From an uncultured Candidatus Saccharibacteria bacterium (lineage in GTDB: Bacteria; Patescibacteriota; Saccharimonadia; Saccharimonadales; CAZARM01), in the NCBI GenBank assembly GCA_964463635.1, contig CAYXCB010000001.1, positions 7,526-71,525 on the forward strand: 64,000 nt of DNA, given 5' to 3'. The notes under the pieces are model-generated. The model searched no databases. It saw nothing but the letters and a program-made list of their open reading frames with translations, and was not told where the DNA came from. Positions 29,153 through 38,766 of the stretch are shown here, in pieces (the first letter of the stretch is position 1; every line of letters starts with the position of its first letter). Made by a program: the position numbers and the translations under genes.

Positions 29153-29215
29153 ATTTTTCTATTTCAACTAGCTTAATAATACTTATGCTTACACTGTTTG
29201 TAAATCTTGGATTCA

Positions 29216-29300
29216 GGGGAGAGCAGCCCGATGAAGCGATTCATTCGCTTCCCGGCGCGATGAGAGGGGATATTCCCCTCTCATGAGGCGAAGCCGTTGC
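29216..29300. repeat. structured intergenic element copy E1 (hairpin GAAGCG-ATTCATT-CGCTTC plus perfect palindrome ATGAGAGGGGA-TAT-TCCCCTCTCAT)
   Basis: Begins 10 nt after the pgk stop in mRNA sense; homologous to 30684..30775 with compensatory changes. Confidence 0.7.
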
Positions 29301-29309
29301 TTACTTGTA

Positions 29310-30599
29310 TCATTTTTTATCTAATAGACTCTCGACTCCTGGCAGGGTTTTGCCGCTCATCAGCTCTAAGCTCGCGCCGCCGCCAGTCGACACATGGTTA
29401 AAATGTCCCAGCAGTTTGCGTTCTTCTATATAACCGACCGTGTCGCCGCCGCCAACCACGGTAAATGGCCGATGGCCAAACTCACCTAGCATAGCGTCGA
29501 CAATCAGGTCTGTACCATGGGCAAACGGCCCGATCGGGCCCTGCAGGCCGTCGACTTCAGTCACGCCCATGGCGCCGTTCCAGATAACGGTGCCGGCCAT
29601 CTGCATACCGCCAGCAATAAACGAGCCGGAAAACGGCCCGATGTCCAGGATCATTTCGTCGTCACTTAGTTTTCCCGTCTCGCGCGGCGGCCGTTTAGGA
29701 TAATTTTCAATGTCGGCGATGATGTGGGCGTCCCAATCGACAATCCGGGTTTTAGCAGTCTTGTCCATCCGGTTCGCCACTACCCCGTCCTGAGGCAAGT
29801 AGAATATAAAATGCTGTTTTTTGACTTTGGCCCTGGCCCGATCGATTATGTCCTTAGCCAGCGGCACATCATCGGGATCAGTCAGGCTTTTGCCGACATC
29901 AAGCCCCTCAGCTAGCAAAAAAGTATTGGCCATGGCGCCGCCGACGACTACAAAATCGGCGATATCTATAAATCGGTTCAAAATGTCGATTTTATCAGCG
30001 ATTTTCGCGCCGCCGATAATGGCCATCAGCGGCCTGATGGGCTTTTCCATGACGCTCGTAATAGTGTCGACTTCTCGCTCTAGCAGCAATCCAGCCACGC
30101 TGGGTAAGAAGTGCGTCACGCCTTCGGTTGAGGCATGAGCCCGGTGGACTACGCCAAAGCCGTCTTGGACAAAAACCTCGCCTAAACTGGCCAGCTTTTC
30201 GGCGAATGCCCTGTCATTCGCCTCTTCCTCGTCGTGATAGCGCAAATTTTCGAGTAGTAATACTTGGCCAGGTTTCAGGGTTTTGGCGGCAGCCTGGGCG
30301 GATTCGCCAACACAATCAGTCGCGAACTTAACATCTAGGTCAAGCAGTTCGCCTAGCCTTTTGGCAATCGGTTTGAGACTCACTTTGGTATCTTTTGGCC
30401 CGTCGGGTCGACCTAGATGCGAGCACACTACAACCGCGCAGCCTTGCTCGAGTAAGTATTTAACTGTTGGCAAAGACTGCTGGATACGATAATCATCGGC
30501 AATCTTACCGTCTTCCAGCGGAACATTATAATCGGCCCGCAGTAAAACCCGTTTACCCTTCAGGTCGTAGTCGCGAATTGTTTGTTTGGTAAACGCCAA
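29310..30599 (-). CDS. pgk: phosphoglycerate kinase
   Basis: N-terminal RADYNVP motif and the PGK two-domain architecture. Confidence 0.9.
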   Translation of the reverse strand: MAFTKQTIRDYDLKGKRVLLRADYNVPLEDGKIADDYRIQQSLPTVKYLLEQGCAVVVCSHLGRPDGPKDTKVSLKPIAKRLGELLDLDVKFATDCVGESAQAAAKTLKPGQVLLLENLRYHDEEEANDRAFAEKLASLGEVFVQDGFGVVHRAHASTEGVTHFLPSVAGLLLEREVDTITSVMEKPIRPLMAIIGGAKIADKIDILNRFIDIADFVVVGGAMANTFLLAEGLDVGKSLTDPDDVPLAKDIIDRARAKVKKQHFIFYLPQDGVVANRMDKTAKTRIVDWDAHIIADIENYPKRPPRETGKLSDDEMILDIGPFSGSFIAGGMQMAGTVIWNGAMGVTEVDGLQGPIGPFAHGTDLIVDAMLGEFGHRPFTVVGGGDTVGYIEERKLLGHFNHVSTGGGASLELMSGKTLPGVESLLDKK

Positions 30600-30683
30600 A
30601 TTGCCACCCTATAGTTTTCAGATATTACTAACTACATTTTAGATTGTGCTAACGCTTTTAGCAAAGTTTGGATTAATGTCTTA

Positions 30684-30775
30684 GGGGAGAGTAGCCGGAC
30701 CAAGTGATTCATTCGCTTGTCCGCGCGGCCTGAGAGGGGATGCTCCCCTCTCAGCAGGCGAAGCCGCTGCTACTC
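30684..30775. repeat. structured intergenic element copy E2 (hairpin CAAGTG-ATTCATT-CGCTTG, palindrome CTGAGAGGGGA-TGC-TCCCCTCTCAG, outer stem GAGTAGC/GCTACTC)
   Basis: Immediately follows (overlaps) the pyk stop codon in mRNA sense; covariation relative to E1 preserves all stems. Confidence 0.7.
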
Positions 30776-32215
30776 TAACACTCGGACTTTAATTGTGTCA
30801 GTTGTGCCAACGACGCCTGGATATTTGCCAGTGGCCGTGACAATCATGTCGCCCGTCTTTAGTACCTTATTCTTTTGCAGCCAATTAGTCAGTTTAGTGG
30901 CAGCGAGTTTGCTGTCCGGGCGAACATAGCTTTTAGTTCCATAAACTACCGCCAACTGTTGGGCCACACGAGCTTCTGATGTAACAGCGATAATCGGTCG
31001 TTTAGGCCTGAGAGCGGCAATCTGCAATGCTGTCGCGCCAGATTTAGTTTCGGCGACGATAGCTTTGGCCTGAACATCATCGGCAAGACTAATGATGGCT
31101 TCGCAAATTGCCACCTGGCGGGTAGGCAGGGGCTGCTCAGGATAAATAACATTCAGAGGCGTATTATTTTGGGTGTACAGAATTACCCGCTTCATAGTTT
31201 CAACGGCTTCAATCGGATATTTGCCATTGGCGGTTTCATCGCTCAACATAACGCAATCGGCGCCAATCAAAACAGCCGTAGCGACGTCAGAAATTTCAGC
31301 TCTGGTTGGTTCGGGCACCTCTGTCATGCTGAATAACATCTGGGTAGCAATAATAGTCGGCTTGGCATACTTGATTCCAAGTCCAACCAGCTGGCGTTGG
31401 ACTATGGGAACAGATTCAGCTGGCGCTTCAACAGCTAGGTCGCCGCGAGCCACCATGATAACATCTGACTCCTGAACAATGGCTTCAATATTATCGACGG
31501 CCGCTTTAGTCTCGAACTTAACGATTATCTTGGCTTTAACCCCCAGATTCATCATCTGTTTGCGCATGTTTCGGATATCGGCCGCTGTCTGCACGAAACT
31601 CTGGGCCACATAGTCAATATCTTGGGTTGAACCAAAAGCCAGGTCTTTCTTGTCTTTTTTAGTGATAGTATCGCCAGCAAAGTCCGTATCCGGCAAATTT
31701 ATGCCTTTGCGCTTGATTAAGATACCTTCGTTTTCGGCTCTAGCATGTACTACGCCATCGGCGACACTAGTGATTATTGTTTTAACTTTCCCGTCGTATA
31801 AATACAGCCGATCCCCGCGTTTTACTTTGTTGCTGACGTCAAACTGGGTCGGCAGGTTGCCAGAACGCTCATAATCAGCTTTATACTGAAAAGTCAGATT
31901 CTGACCGGGCTGCACAGGTATAACCCCTTCGAAATCACCTAAGCGAAGTTTTGGGCCCTGCAAATCTTGAATAATAGCAACTGGTTTGCCGCAGTCTTTA
32001 GCAGCCTGGCGAATCCATTTGATGCGCTGGCCATGTTCTTCGTGGTCGCCATGGCTAAAATTAAGCCTCAGTCCATTGGCTCCGGCTTTAATGAGCGCGA
32101 GTACTTTTTCATAACTATCAGTGGCCGGCCCCACCGTGGCGATGATTTTAGTCCTTTTAAATTTATCAACAGGTACATTTGGCACCTTGTTAGTAGTATC
32201 CATAAAATTACGCAC
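30770..32215 (-). CDS. pyk: pyruvate kinase
   Basis: KIIATVGP, NFSHG motifs, 481 aa. Confidence 0.9.
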   Translation of the reverse strand: MRNFMDTTNKVPNVPVDKFKRTKIIATVGPATDSYEKVLALIKAGANGLRLNFSHGDHEEHGQRIKWIRQAAKDCGKPVAIIQDLQGPKLRLGDFEGVIPVQPGQNLTFQYKADYERSGNLPTQFDVSNKVKRGDRLYLYDGKVKTIITSVADGVVHARAENEGILIKRKGINLPDTDFAGDTITKKDKKDLAFGSTQDIDYVAQSFVQTAADIRNMRKQMMNLGVKAKIIVKFETKAAVDNIEAIVQESDVIMVARGDLAVEAPAESVPIVQRQLVGLGIKYAKPTIIATQMLFSMTEVPEPTRAEISDVATAVLIGADCVMLSDETANGKYPIEAVETMKRVILYTQNNTPLNVIYPEQPLPTRQVAICEAIISLADDVQAKAIVAETKSGATALQIAALRPKRPIIAVTSEARVAQQLAVVYGTKSYVRPDSKLAATKLTNWLQKNKVLKTGDMIVTATGKYPGVVGTTDTIKVRVLE

Positions 32216-32555
32216 CTCTCCTGCAACTCACCCCACAAAACAGGTTTTGCGGGGACCCCGTTTGCGCCCAGCGAAGCTGGTCGCACCGCAGGAGCTCTTG
32301 GCCCAGAACTGCATTTTCTACTGCAATACTCACGTCACCGTACCGAATGTACGGCTCGCTACGTTTCTCATAGAGAAATACACTTCTGCATCCAACTGCG
32401 TAAATTTTTATCATAATCTATTAACAGTGTACTTGCTTATGCTTATATCTAGCAAGGTTAAAAGATGTTTTGACTAGATATTTCAGATCTGTTATGGTAC
32501 TATTTTTTGGTCATTCAAGCAAGCATTTTAGCCATGTTTGATAATCATTCTTAAT

Positions 32556-32630
32556 GGTCTCATCGTCTAACGGTTAGGACACCAGGTTTTCATCCTGGCA
32601 ATCCGGGTTCGATTCCCGGTGAGATCACCA
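32556..32630 (+). tRNA. tRNA-Glu (anticodon UUC)
   Basis: Cloverleaf: acceptor GGTCTCA/TGAGATC, anticodon stem CCAGG/CCTGG with loop TTTTCAT, T-arm CCGGG-TTCGATT-CCCGG, encoded CCA. Confidence 0.8.
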
Positions 32631-32725
32631 TGCAATGTATTGACATTATAGTCAAGTATGCTACACTTGACTTACAGCACCTCGTTTGGACGCAAGTTCT
32701 CGCGAGGTCTTTTTATTGCTAGAAT

Positions 32726-33325
32726 ATGATCATGAGACGAGTTGTACTGATTGATGGCGAAAACTTAGTATATGGATTGAGGCATTTGCTTGGCAAAAAG
32801 GGCAATAAGGCTCCCCGTTCTAGAGTAGAACGCTTTAATTTTAGAGGACTGATTGAGGAGCTTTTAGCAGACAATGTGCCCTCTGAAATTCTATGGTTTG
32901 GAGCAAGATTAAGGCTTTATGATCAATCAAGCGAGCTCAAGCGTAAATCGAGTGAAGCCATCAAAGCACAAGCTAAGTTCATGAATCAAATACAGCAGCA
33001 AAAGATTACTTTTATTAAGGTGGGTTATTTACGAGCTCGAGAGTCAGACCCTTGTGAAAAATGCTCTCATCAAACATGGAAACTTGCCGAAAAGGGAGTA
33101 GATGTTGATTTAGCCGTACGTATGGTGTCAGAGGCCAGTAAAACCACAGAAATTATTGTCATAAGTGCTGATACAGATCTGCTTCCGGCCTTTTTGGTTT
33201 CAGCAAAACTAGGTTCAAAAATTATGCATATAGGCTACGAGACCCGCCCAATCTATGCACTTATCAAAGCGTCTGATAAAACCAGAACGATAACATTGCC
33301 GCTTGCTTTGAAATATAAGGCTTAG
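32726..33325 (+). CDS. NYN-domain (LabA/PIN-like) putative ribonuclease with embedded zinc ribbon
   Basis: LIDGENL, VDVDLAV and ISADTDLLPA acidic motifs of NYN domains; CEKCSH insert. Confidence 0.65.
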   Translation: MIMRRVVLIDGENLVYGLRHLLGKKGNKAPRSRVERFNFRGLIEELLADNVPSEILWFGARLRLYDQSSELKRKSSEAIKAQAKFMNQIQQQKITFIKVGYLRARESDPCEKCSHQTWKLAEKGVDVDLAVRMVSEASKTTEIIVISADTDLLPAFLVSAKLGSKIMHIGYETRPIYALIKASDKTRTITLPLALKYKA

Positions 33326-33603
33326 GATAAGCTGTTCGCGTCCCAATAACTGATTCATTGATTCACAACAGAGGCCAAAATGAAATCCCCCGCATTGCTG
33401 CTTGGGCTCCTGGGGTCCCCAAGCTGAGAGGATTCAGCTTGGGGTAGAGCAAGAACCAACCATAAAATCAAAGAATCCGAACGGTTTGTTCGGATTCTTG
33501 ATGCAAGAGGTTGAGTTCTTGCGAGAGCGGTCAGTCAATGCTCGTTTAGCTTAATGCTACTGTAGCACAAATTAGACAAACACGCTACTGCTTTTCCACA
33601 GCT

Positions 33604-35196
33604 TTAAACTGTGTACTTGCGACCGTATATGTAACGGTGTGCTAGCGCGCCAGCAATTGTAGTAGCCGCGAATATACCGACAACATCACTCACACCTGTT
33701 TTAGGTAGAGTTGTTGGAGGTACATCAATGTTGATTGGCTGTGCGCAAGAATCAGCAGTGTGAGACTTAACTTGGCCATCAACATTGAAGTCAACCGTTA
33801 CTTTAGCTGTAAAGTTACCAGCTGCTGGGAAAGTATGTTCAACTTCGCCGTTAGCCTTGTTAGTAACTGCTTCCTGCTTGTAGCCAGTACCAGTGAACTC
33901 GTAGCGGTACTGTTTGACAGTTGCTCCGCCCTGAGCTGTAGCTTTGGTGGTGAACTTGTAAGTTCGACCGCTTACCAGCACAGGCTTGTCCATCAGGTCA
34001 CAGCGGTAAATTGGTTGATCTGGCTTACAATCCTCGATTACAACTTTAGCGTTGTCTTTTCGCTCTGGGATGTTCTTAGCACGTCCGAAGGCTTCGTTCT
34101 TCAGTTCGCAAACATCATCTTTAGTGTTGACCTTGGTTCGGAAACGAATAACACCATTCCCGTTAGGGGAGTAGTCGCCTACGTTAACACCCCCAGATCC
34201 TAAGGCTGTATCAGAAAGAGTCTCAGTACCAGCTGCTGTTGACAGTTTGATTGAGCCAGGTACAAGTTCTAGGCCAGCTGGAAGTTCGTCACGAATAGTA
34301 ACGTCATCAGCAAAAGAGCTGCCATTATTCTTGTAGTCGATGCGCCAGCTAATAGTTTCACCGCGCTTTACACTTACAGTTTCAGAGCTGTCGGTCAGTT
34401 TTGGCATATCTACTTTAGATACGGTCTTATTGACTTCCAGGTTGGGGGCGTTGATGCGAACACGGATAACTACGAATGAAGCGAAGTCGAAACAACCAGG
34501 ATATATGCCATCCATAGCTTCATGTCCAATCAATGTGCCATTAGTGCTCATGATTGAGTCTGGAAGTGCCATACCGCCCTGATGAGCTGAATTGTAGATA
34601 CGAGCAGAACCAGGAACAAATTCAACGTCAAAGGCTTGGTTTTCGTTCCTTAGATCAACCGTGTCATATACCGTCTGCGGGATAGCGTTATCGGCGCTAA
34701 TTCGAGCCTGGGCAGTAAAACCATTGGCTACGCCTTCAGGAAGTTCAAATCGTATCTTGGTGTTCTTGGCTACGCCAATACCATCAAGTACGCCTGGACC
34801 CTTGTTGGGGTTATCGTTGATACTTGGGTGAGCTATGTTATGCACATATGCCCGCACAATGTATTCTTTGCCAACTTGAACTGGTTGTTGGTCTTTGTAT
34901 GTGCCGGGGCTTTGGTTGTAGCAAGCCTCGCCAGCCACAGTGCATTCCTTAGCATCTACAAAAGCTCGTTCATCACCATAAACATCAGTGTTGATATAGC
35001 TGTTGAAACGAGGACCGTCAAAGGCACCGTTGTGTTCGGCTGGATTATTCCAATCGAAGATCTTGCGGTCAGGACCATTCGGGCCATAACCGGCCATTAC
35101 GGCCATAGGTACTGCAACGGCGGCAAGTACTGCAACGGCGGCAACAGCAACTTTTGTTCGTTTGCTGAGTCGGTCTAAAATTTTTCGGATACTCAT
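33604..35196 (-). CDS. LPXTG-anchored cell-surface protein
   Basis: N-terminal signal peptide; C-terminal LPKTG followed by a hydrophobic stretch and RKYTV basic tail. Confidence 0.65.
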   Translation of the reverse strand: MSIRKILDRLSKRTKVAVAAVAVLAAVAVPMAVMAGYGPNGPDRKIFDWNNPAEHNGAFDGPRFNSYINTDVYGDERAFVDAKECTVAGEACYNQSPGTYKDQQPVQVGKEYIVRAYVHNIAHPSINDNPNKGPGVLDGIGVAKNTKIRFELPEGVANGFTAQARISADNAIPQTVYDTVDLRNENQAFDVEFVPGSARIYNSAHQGGMALPDSIMSTNGTLIGHEAMDGIYPGCFDFASFVVIRVRINAPNLEVNKTVSKVDMPKLTDSSETVSVKRGETISWRIDYKNNGSSFADDVTIRDELPAGLELVPGSIKLSTAAGTETLSDTALGSGGVNVGDYSPNGNGVIRFRTKVNTKDDVCELKNEAFGRAKNIPERKDNAKVVIEDCKPDQPIYRCDLMDKPVLVSGRTYKFTTKATAQGGATVKQYRYEFTGTGYKQEAVTNKANGEVEHTFPAAGNFTAKVTVDFNVDGQVKSHTADSCAQPINIDVPPTTLPKTGVSDVVGIFAATTIAGALAHRYIYGRKYTV

Positions 35197-35220
35197 TATA
35201 TTATCTCCTTATTACCTTTC

Positions 35221-36411
35221 TTATTCGCACGCTTCGCCACACTCGCCTAGAGTAGTGCTTGTTACAGATTGGGCGCTAGTCGTAGAAGTACTGGAGTTTG
35301 GAGCAGGTTCTGCGGTTGTACTGGTTGTAACGTTATTATTAGGATTGTTGTCATTGTCTGGAGTACCGCCTGCACCTGGTTGTTCAATAGTAGTATTGTC
35401 AGTAACGGTGTTGGATGTTCGTGGGGCAGTAGTACTAGTAGTCTTAGGCACAGTTGTAGGTACTGTAAAGGTCGTAGTAGGACGTCCCGGAGGAGTGGAT
35501 GTAACAGTAGTTACTGGTGTAGGTCGCTCACCTTTCAGCACGGGGTTTTCGCAGATTGCGCTGCTTGTCGCAACGAATTCGAAAACCTCATCAGTTGTAA
35601 TCACTTTGTCGCCGTTTTCATCAACTCGAATGGTGTAATGAATGAGCTGTTCAGGATCTTTACCCGCATCACGCATTTTTTGCACGAAAACTTTAAAGTC
35701 TTCATGGCTTAGCACTAAACCAGCTAAAGTTGTTCGTTTAGTTCCTTCAACACTGTGATTACCATGACGGGCTTCTCGCAGGTCTAAGAACTTAATGGTG
35801 TCTGCTTTGCCGTCGCCATCGGTGTCCACGCAGTTATGATTGCGTTCTATAGTACCTTCTGGGACATCAATACTGGCAATATGCTTTTGAGTAAAGGTTG
35901 TAAGGTCGGCGTTGCCGCTCACCTTTAATGATGTATCTGCTAATGATGTATCTGCATCTTTGTTGGCAACCGCTTTTTCAGTAATGAAGCCAAGTGCGTC
36001 AGCGCCCATTACATTAGTCCAGAACTTTTGAGTCGATTCAACCATATCTGGGTTTTGTTCATAAAAACCAAAAAGATGGTTTGGAGTGTAGGGTTTGTCG
36101 GTCCATAGTTCTTTGCCGCCTAAGCCGCCACAGTTCGTAAGACCGCTCTCTACGGCAGCAGCGATAGCCGCGTCGCTACCATCAAGGACGGTGCCAGGAA
36201 GACCTTCTGCTCCGGCAGAACCTTCAGAGGCTGCAGCTTCTTCGATTTCACCTAGATAGCTAAGGTCGCGTCCTGAATCACCCCCACAAGCAACAAGAGA
36301 TGTAGAAGCTAAACAAACTAAAGCTCCAGCACCAAATGCTTTTCGTGCTTTAAGTTCAAACGGGCTGATTTGGGCGACGGTGTTTGGATTAGTAATAGTT
36401 TGTTCGCTCAT
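35221..36411 (-). CDS. secreted hypothetical protein with Thr/Pro-rich C-terminal region
   Basis: Signal/lipoprotein-like N-terminus (LASTSLVACGG), long Thr/Ser/Pro-rich tail. Confidence 0.45.
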   Translation of the reverse strand: MSEQTITNPNTVAQISPFELKARKAFGAGALVCLASTSLVACGGDSGRDLSYLGEIEEAAASEGSAGAEGLPGTVLDGSDAAIAAAVESGLTNCGGLGGKELWTDKPYTPNHLFGFYEQNPDMVESTQKFWTNVMGADALGFITEKAVANKDADTSLADTSLKVSGNADLTTFTQKHIASIDVPEGTIERNHNCVDTDGDGKADTIKFLDLREARHGNHSVEGTKRTTLAGLVLSHEDFKVFVQKMRDAGKDPEQLIHYTIRVDENGDKVITTDEVFEFVATSSAICENPVLKGERPTPVTTVTSTPPGRPTTTFTVPTTVPKTTSTTAPRTSNTVTDNTTIEQPGAGGTPDNDNNPNNNVTTSTTAEPAPNSSTSTTSAQSVTSTTLGECGEACE

Positions 36412-36429
36412 ATTATTAGTTCTCCTTAA

Positions 36430-36792
36430 TTATTCTGAGACTTTAAGGTCTAGGCCAACGCTAGGAGCTTCCATCTCAGATTTAACGTCTTGAACTGGTT
36501 TGCCCACATTCTCGTCAAAGCAAGCTTCGGTAGCAATCTTGAGCTTATCGTTAATGCTCTTGATACCTTCGCCAACTGGCATATCTGTAGGTAGTTCGAG
36601 TTCCTTTGCTTTTCTAGCATCGCTTAGGGCTGTTTCACCGCAGTCACGGGCAATAAGTTTTGCCTGTCCGCTAATTATTTCGACTGGAGTGCCTTTAGGG
36701 CCTTCCTCTACGCCTGCTTCGCGTGTTTGATAACCACCAGCAAATAATGCTGCGCTAGCAAGTCCTATACCTAATACTTTCTTGTATCCCAT
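36430..36792 (-). CDS. small secreted hypothetical protein
   Basis: 120 aa with N-terminal signal-like hydrophobic segment. Confidence 0.4.
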   Translation of the reverse strand: MGYKKVLGIGLASAALFAGGYQTREAGVEEGPKGTPVEIISGQAKLIARDCGETALSDARKAKELELPTDMPVGEGIKSINDKLKIATEACFDENVGKPVQDVKSEMEAPSVGLDLKVSE

Positions 36793-37018
36793 GATCTAAT
36801 TCTCCCCTTGAGTTATTTACACTGTCTCCGCGCCCACCACTGTTGAAACAGCGTGATTTCACGTATAGTCACTACTCTACCACAAGCATTACTATATGTC
36901 AATACTTTTTACAATATTCCTCGTATTAACACAAGCGCAATCAAACCCCTTAAGCACGCGGTTCGTGCTCAGCATAGACGGGTGAGATACATAAGGCTGT
37001 GAAGTTTTTAACTTTTAT

Positions 37019-38449
37019 TTAAGTTTTTGAAGTTTCTTTGGTTGGTGGGAGGGATTTAAGCTTGGATTTGGCAAAACTAAAGCCAAAGGTACTGCCCTTG
37101 CCCTCTTCGCTCTTAAAGATCAGGCTGCCGCCTTGGGCGACTATAACTTTCTTAGCCATGAACAGGCCTAGGCCAGTACCGTCCGGCCGGGCTTGTTTGG
37201 CGTTGCCAGCCCGGAAAAACTTGGTAAACAAATGGTGCTGCTCGTGTTTTGGAACGCCCAAGCCATCATCCATGACGGTAAACTCTACGCTAGTTGGCAA
37301 GTCTTTGACCTCGATGTTGATGTGACCGCCGGCCGGCGTGTAGTAAATGGCGTTATCGACAAAGTTCATAATCACCTGGCGTATTTTGGTTTCATCCAGC
37401 ATCAGCATGGGGAAATCTTTTGGCTTCTCGTACTTGAGTTCAAGTTTACGGCCGGCCGCGGTTTCTTCTAACTGTTCCACTTCGCCTTGGACGGCTTCGG
37501 CCAGATTGGTTGGTACGGCTTCGATGATAAATTTACCGGTTCGCAAGCGCGACACGTTCAGTAGGTCGGCTATCAGGTAAACCATGCGCTGCGAGCTGAT
37601 AAAGGCCTGGTCCAGCAGTTTGTGCTGGCTAGCGGTTATTTTGCCCGAGTCACCCTCTATAACCATGCTGAGGTAGCCTTTGACTGATGTCAGCGGCGTC
37701 CGGAGCTGGTGTGAGGCCATACTGATGAACTCGTCCTTGGTCTCATCCAGCGCTTTCAGCTTTTCATTCGTCCGTTGCAGCTGTTTGAGCACCCGCTGGT
37801 TTTCCTCGAACAGTAAGCGGTTATCAATAGCAATCCCCACCGCCTCGCTGAGACGCTCCAGCAAAGTGTTTTCTTTTTCATTGATGTCATGCTTTTCCTG
37901 CGTCAGCCCGACAACCATCAACCCAACTAAGCGGTGCCTGGCCATAAGTTTAATAATAACCACACTTTGGACTGGTAATTCATGGCGCAAAGCCGTTATT
38001 TCGTTAGAGGATAAGCCAGTTAGATCGCTTAGGTCGTCAGTGGTAATGGATCTTGCGCTAATAGTCATCATCCGCGTCTGGCTAGACAGCCACTGATTGT
38101 GCTTGTCCAGGTCGATGTGCAAACGTTTAGTTTCCGGCGGTTTTCCAGATGAGGTTGCAAGACCCACTAGCTCCAAGGAATTATGATGAGAGGAATTTGT
38201 CAGAAAGGCGACTAGAGCGTAATTGGACTTATCCGTAATAGCACTGGCCATCTGTTGGCATAGAACATCAAGTGTTTCATGCGACTCTAACACCAGGCTG
38301 TCAATTTTGCGCAGAAGCGATAGCATTTGGTTGGTTTGGGCCAGCTCAAGGTTGCGTTTGTACATCTCCTGAGAGACATGGGCCAAGTCTTGCTCAAGCT
38401 GCTTTTTTTTGGTCATTGGCCTTTTCAGGCGTAATTTTTCTTTTTCCAC
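37019..38449 (-). CDS. sensor histidine kinase (soluble, coiled-coil/GAF-like N-terminus)
   Basis: H-box ISMASHQLRTPLTSVKGY, HATPase_c N, G1, G2 boxes. Confidence 0.8.
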   Translation of the reverse strand: MEKEKLRLKRPMTKKKQLEQDLAHVSQEMYKRNLELAQTNQMLSLLRKIDSLVLESHETLDVLCQQMASAITDKSNYALVAFLTNSSHHNSLELVGLATSSGKPPETKRLHIDLDKHNQWLSSQTRMMTISARSITTDDLSDLTGLSSNEITALRHELPVQSVVIIKLMARHRLVGLMVVGLTQEKHDINEKENTLLERLSEAVGIAIDNRLLFEENQRVLKQLQRTNEKLKALDETKDEFISMASHQLRTPLTSVKGYLSMVIEGDSGKITASQHKLLDQAFISSQRMVYLIADLLNVSRLRTGKFIIEAVPTNLAEAVQGEVEQLEETAAGRKLELKYEKPKDFPMLMLDETKIRQVIMNFVDNAIYYTPAGGHINIEVKDLPTSVEFTVMDDGLGVPKHEQHHLFTKFFRAGNAKQARPDGTGLGLFMAKKVIVAQGGSLIFKSEEGKGSTFGFSFAKSKLKSLPPTKETSKT

Positions 38450-38478
38450 CCTGAACGCGTCCTAATGAACATTAAATT

Positions 38479-38760
38479 TTATTGGAGAGACTTTGGTTGG
38501 TTCTCAGGAGCCAGCTGCGATAAATATTTAGAAACGGCTTCTTTGCAGGTTTCAACAGCAATCTGTCCAAAGAGTTCTTTGTACTGCCTTACAAGATCGT
38601 CAATTGCCTGGGTGGCGCTACCAGTTATGGACACGCTGTGCTTAGGCCAATCTACGGTTAGTGCCGTTACGCCTTTGGCTTGCTCGACAGCCACCGGTCC
38701 AATAATGGTTTCTTGCTGTTCGATGATTTTCGTGGCAATGTTGGTGTATATATCATCCAT
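38479..38760 (-). CDS. hypothetical protein
   Basis: 93-aa ORF between the HK and a membrane protein, same strand, 6-bp gaps. Confidence 0.4.
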   Translation of the reverse strand: MDDIYTNIATKIIEQQETIIGPVAVEQAKGVTALTVDWPKHSVSITGSATQAIDDLVRQYKELFGQIAVETCKEAVSKYLSQLAPENQPKSLQ

Positions 38761-38766
38761 AGCAGG

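Noticed and set aside
29216-30775. Interpreting the repeated hairpin elements as riboswitches or rho-independent terminators
   Set aside because: They sit after stop codons rather than in 5' leaders, are not followed by a U-run in gene orientation, and match no riboswitch consensus I can recall; REP-like or processing elements fit better.
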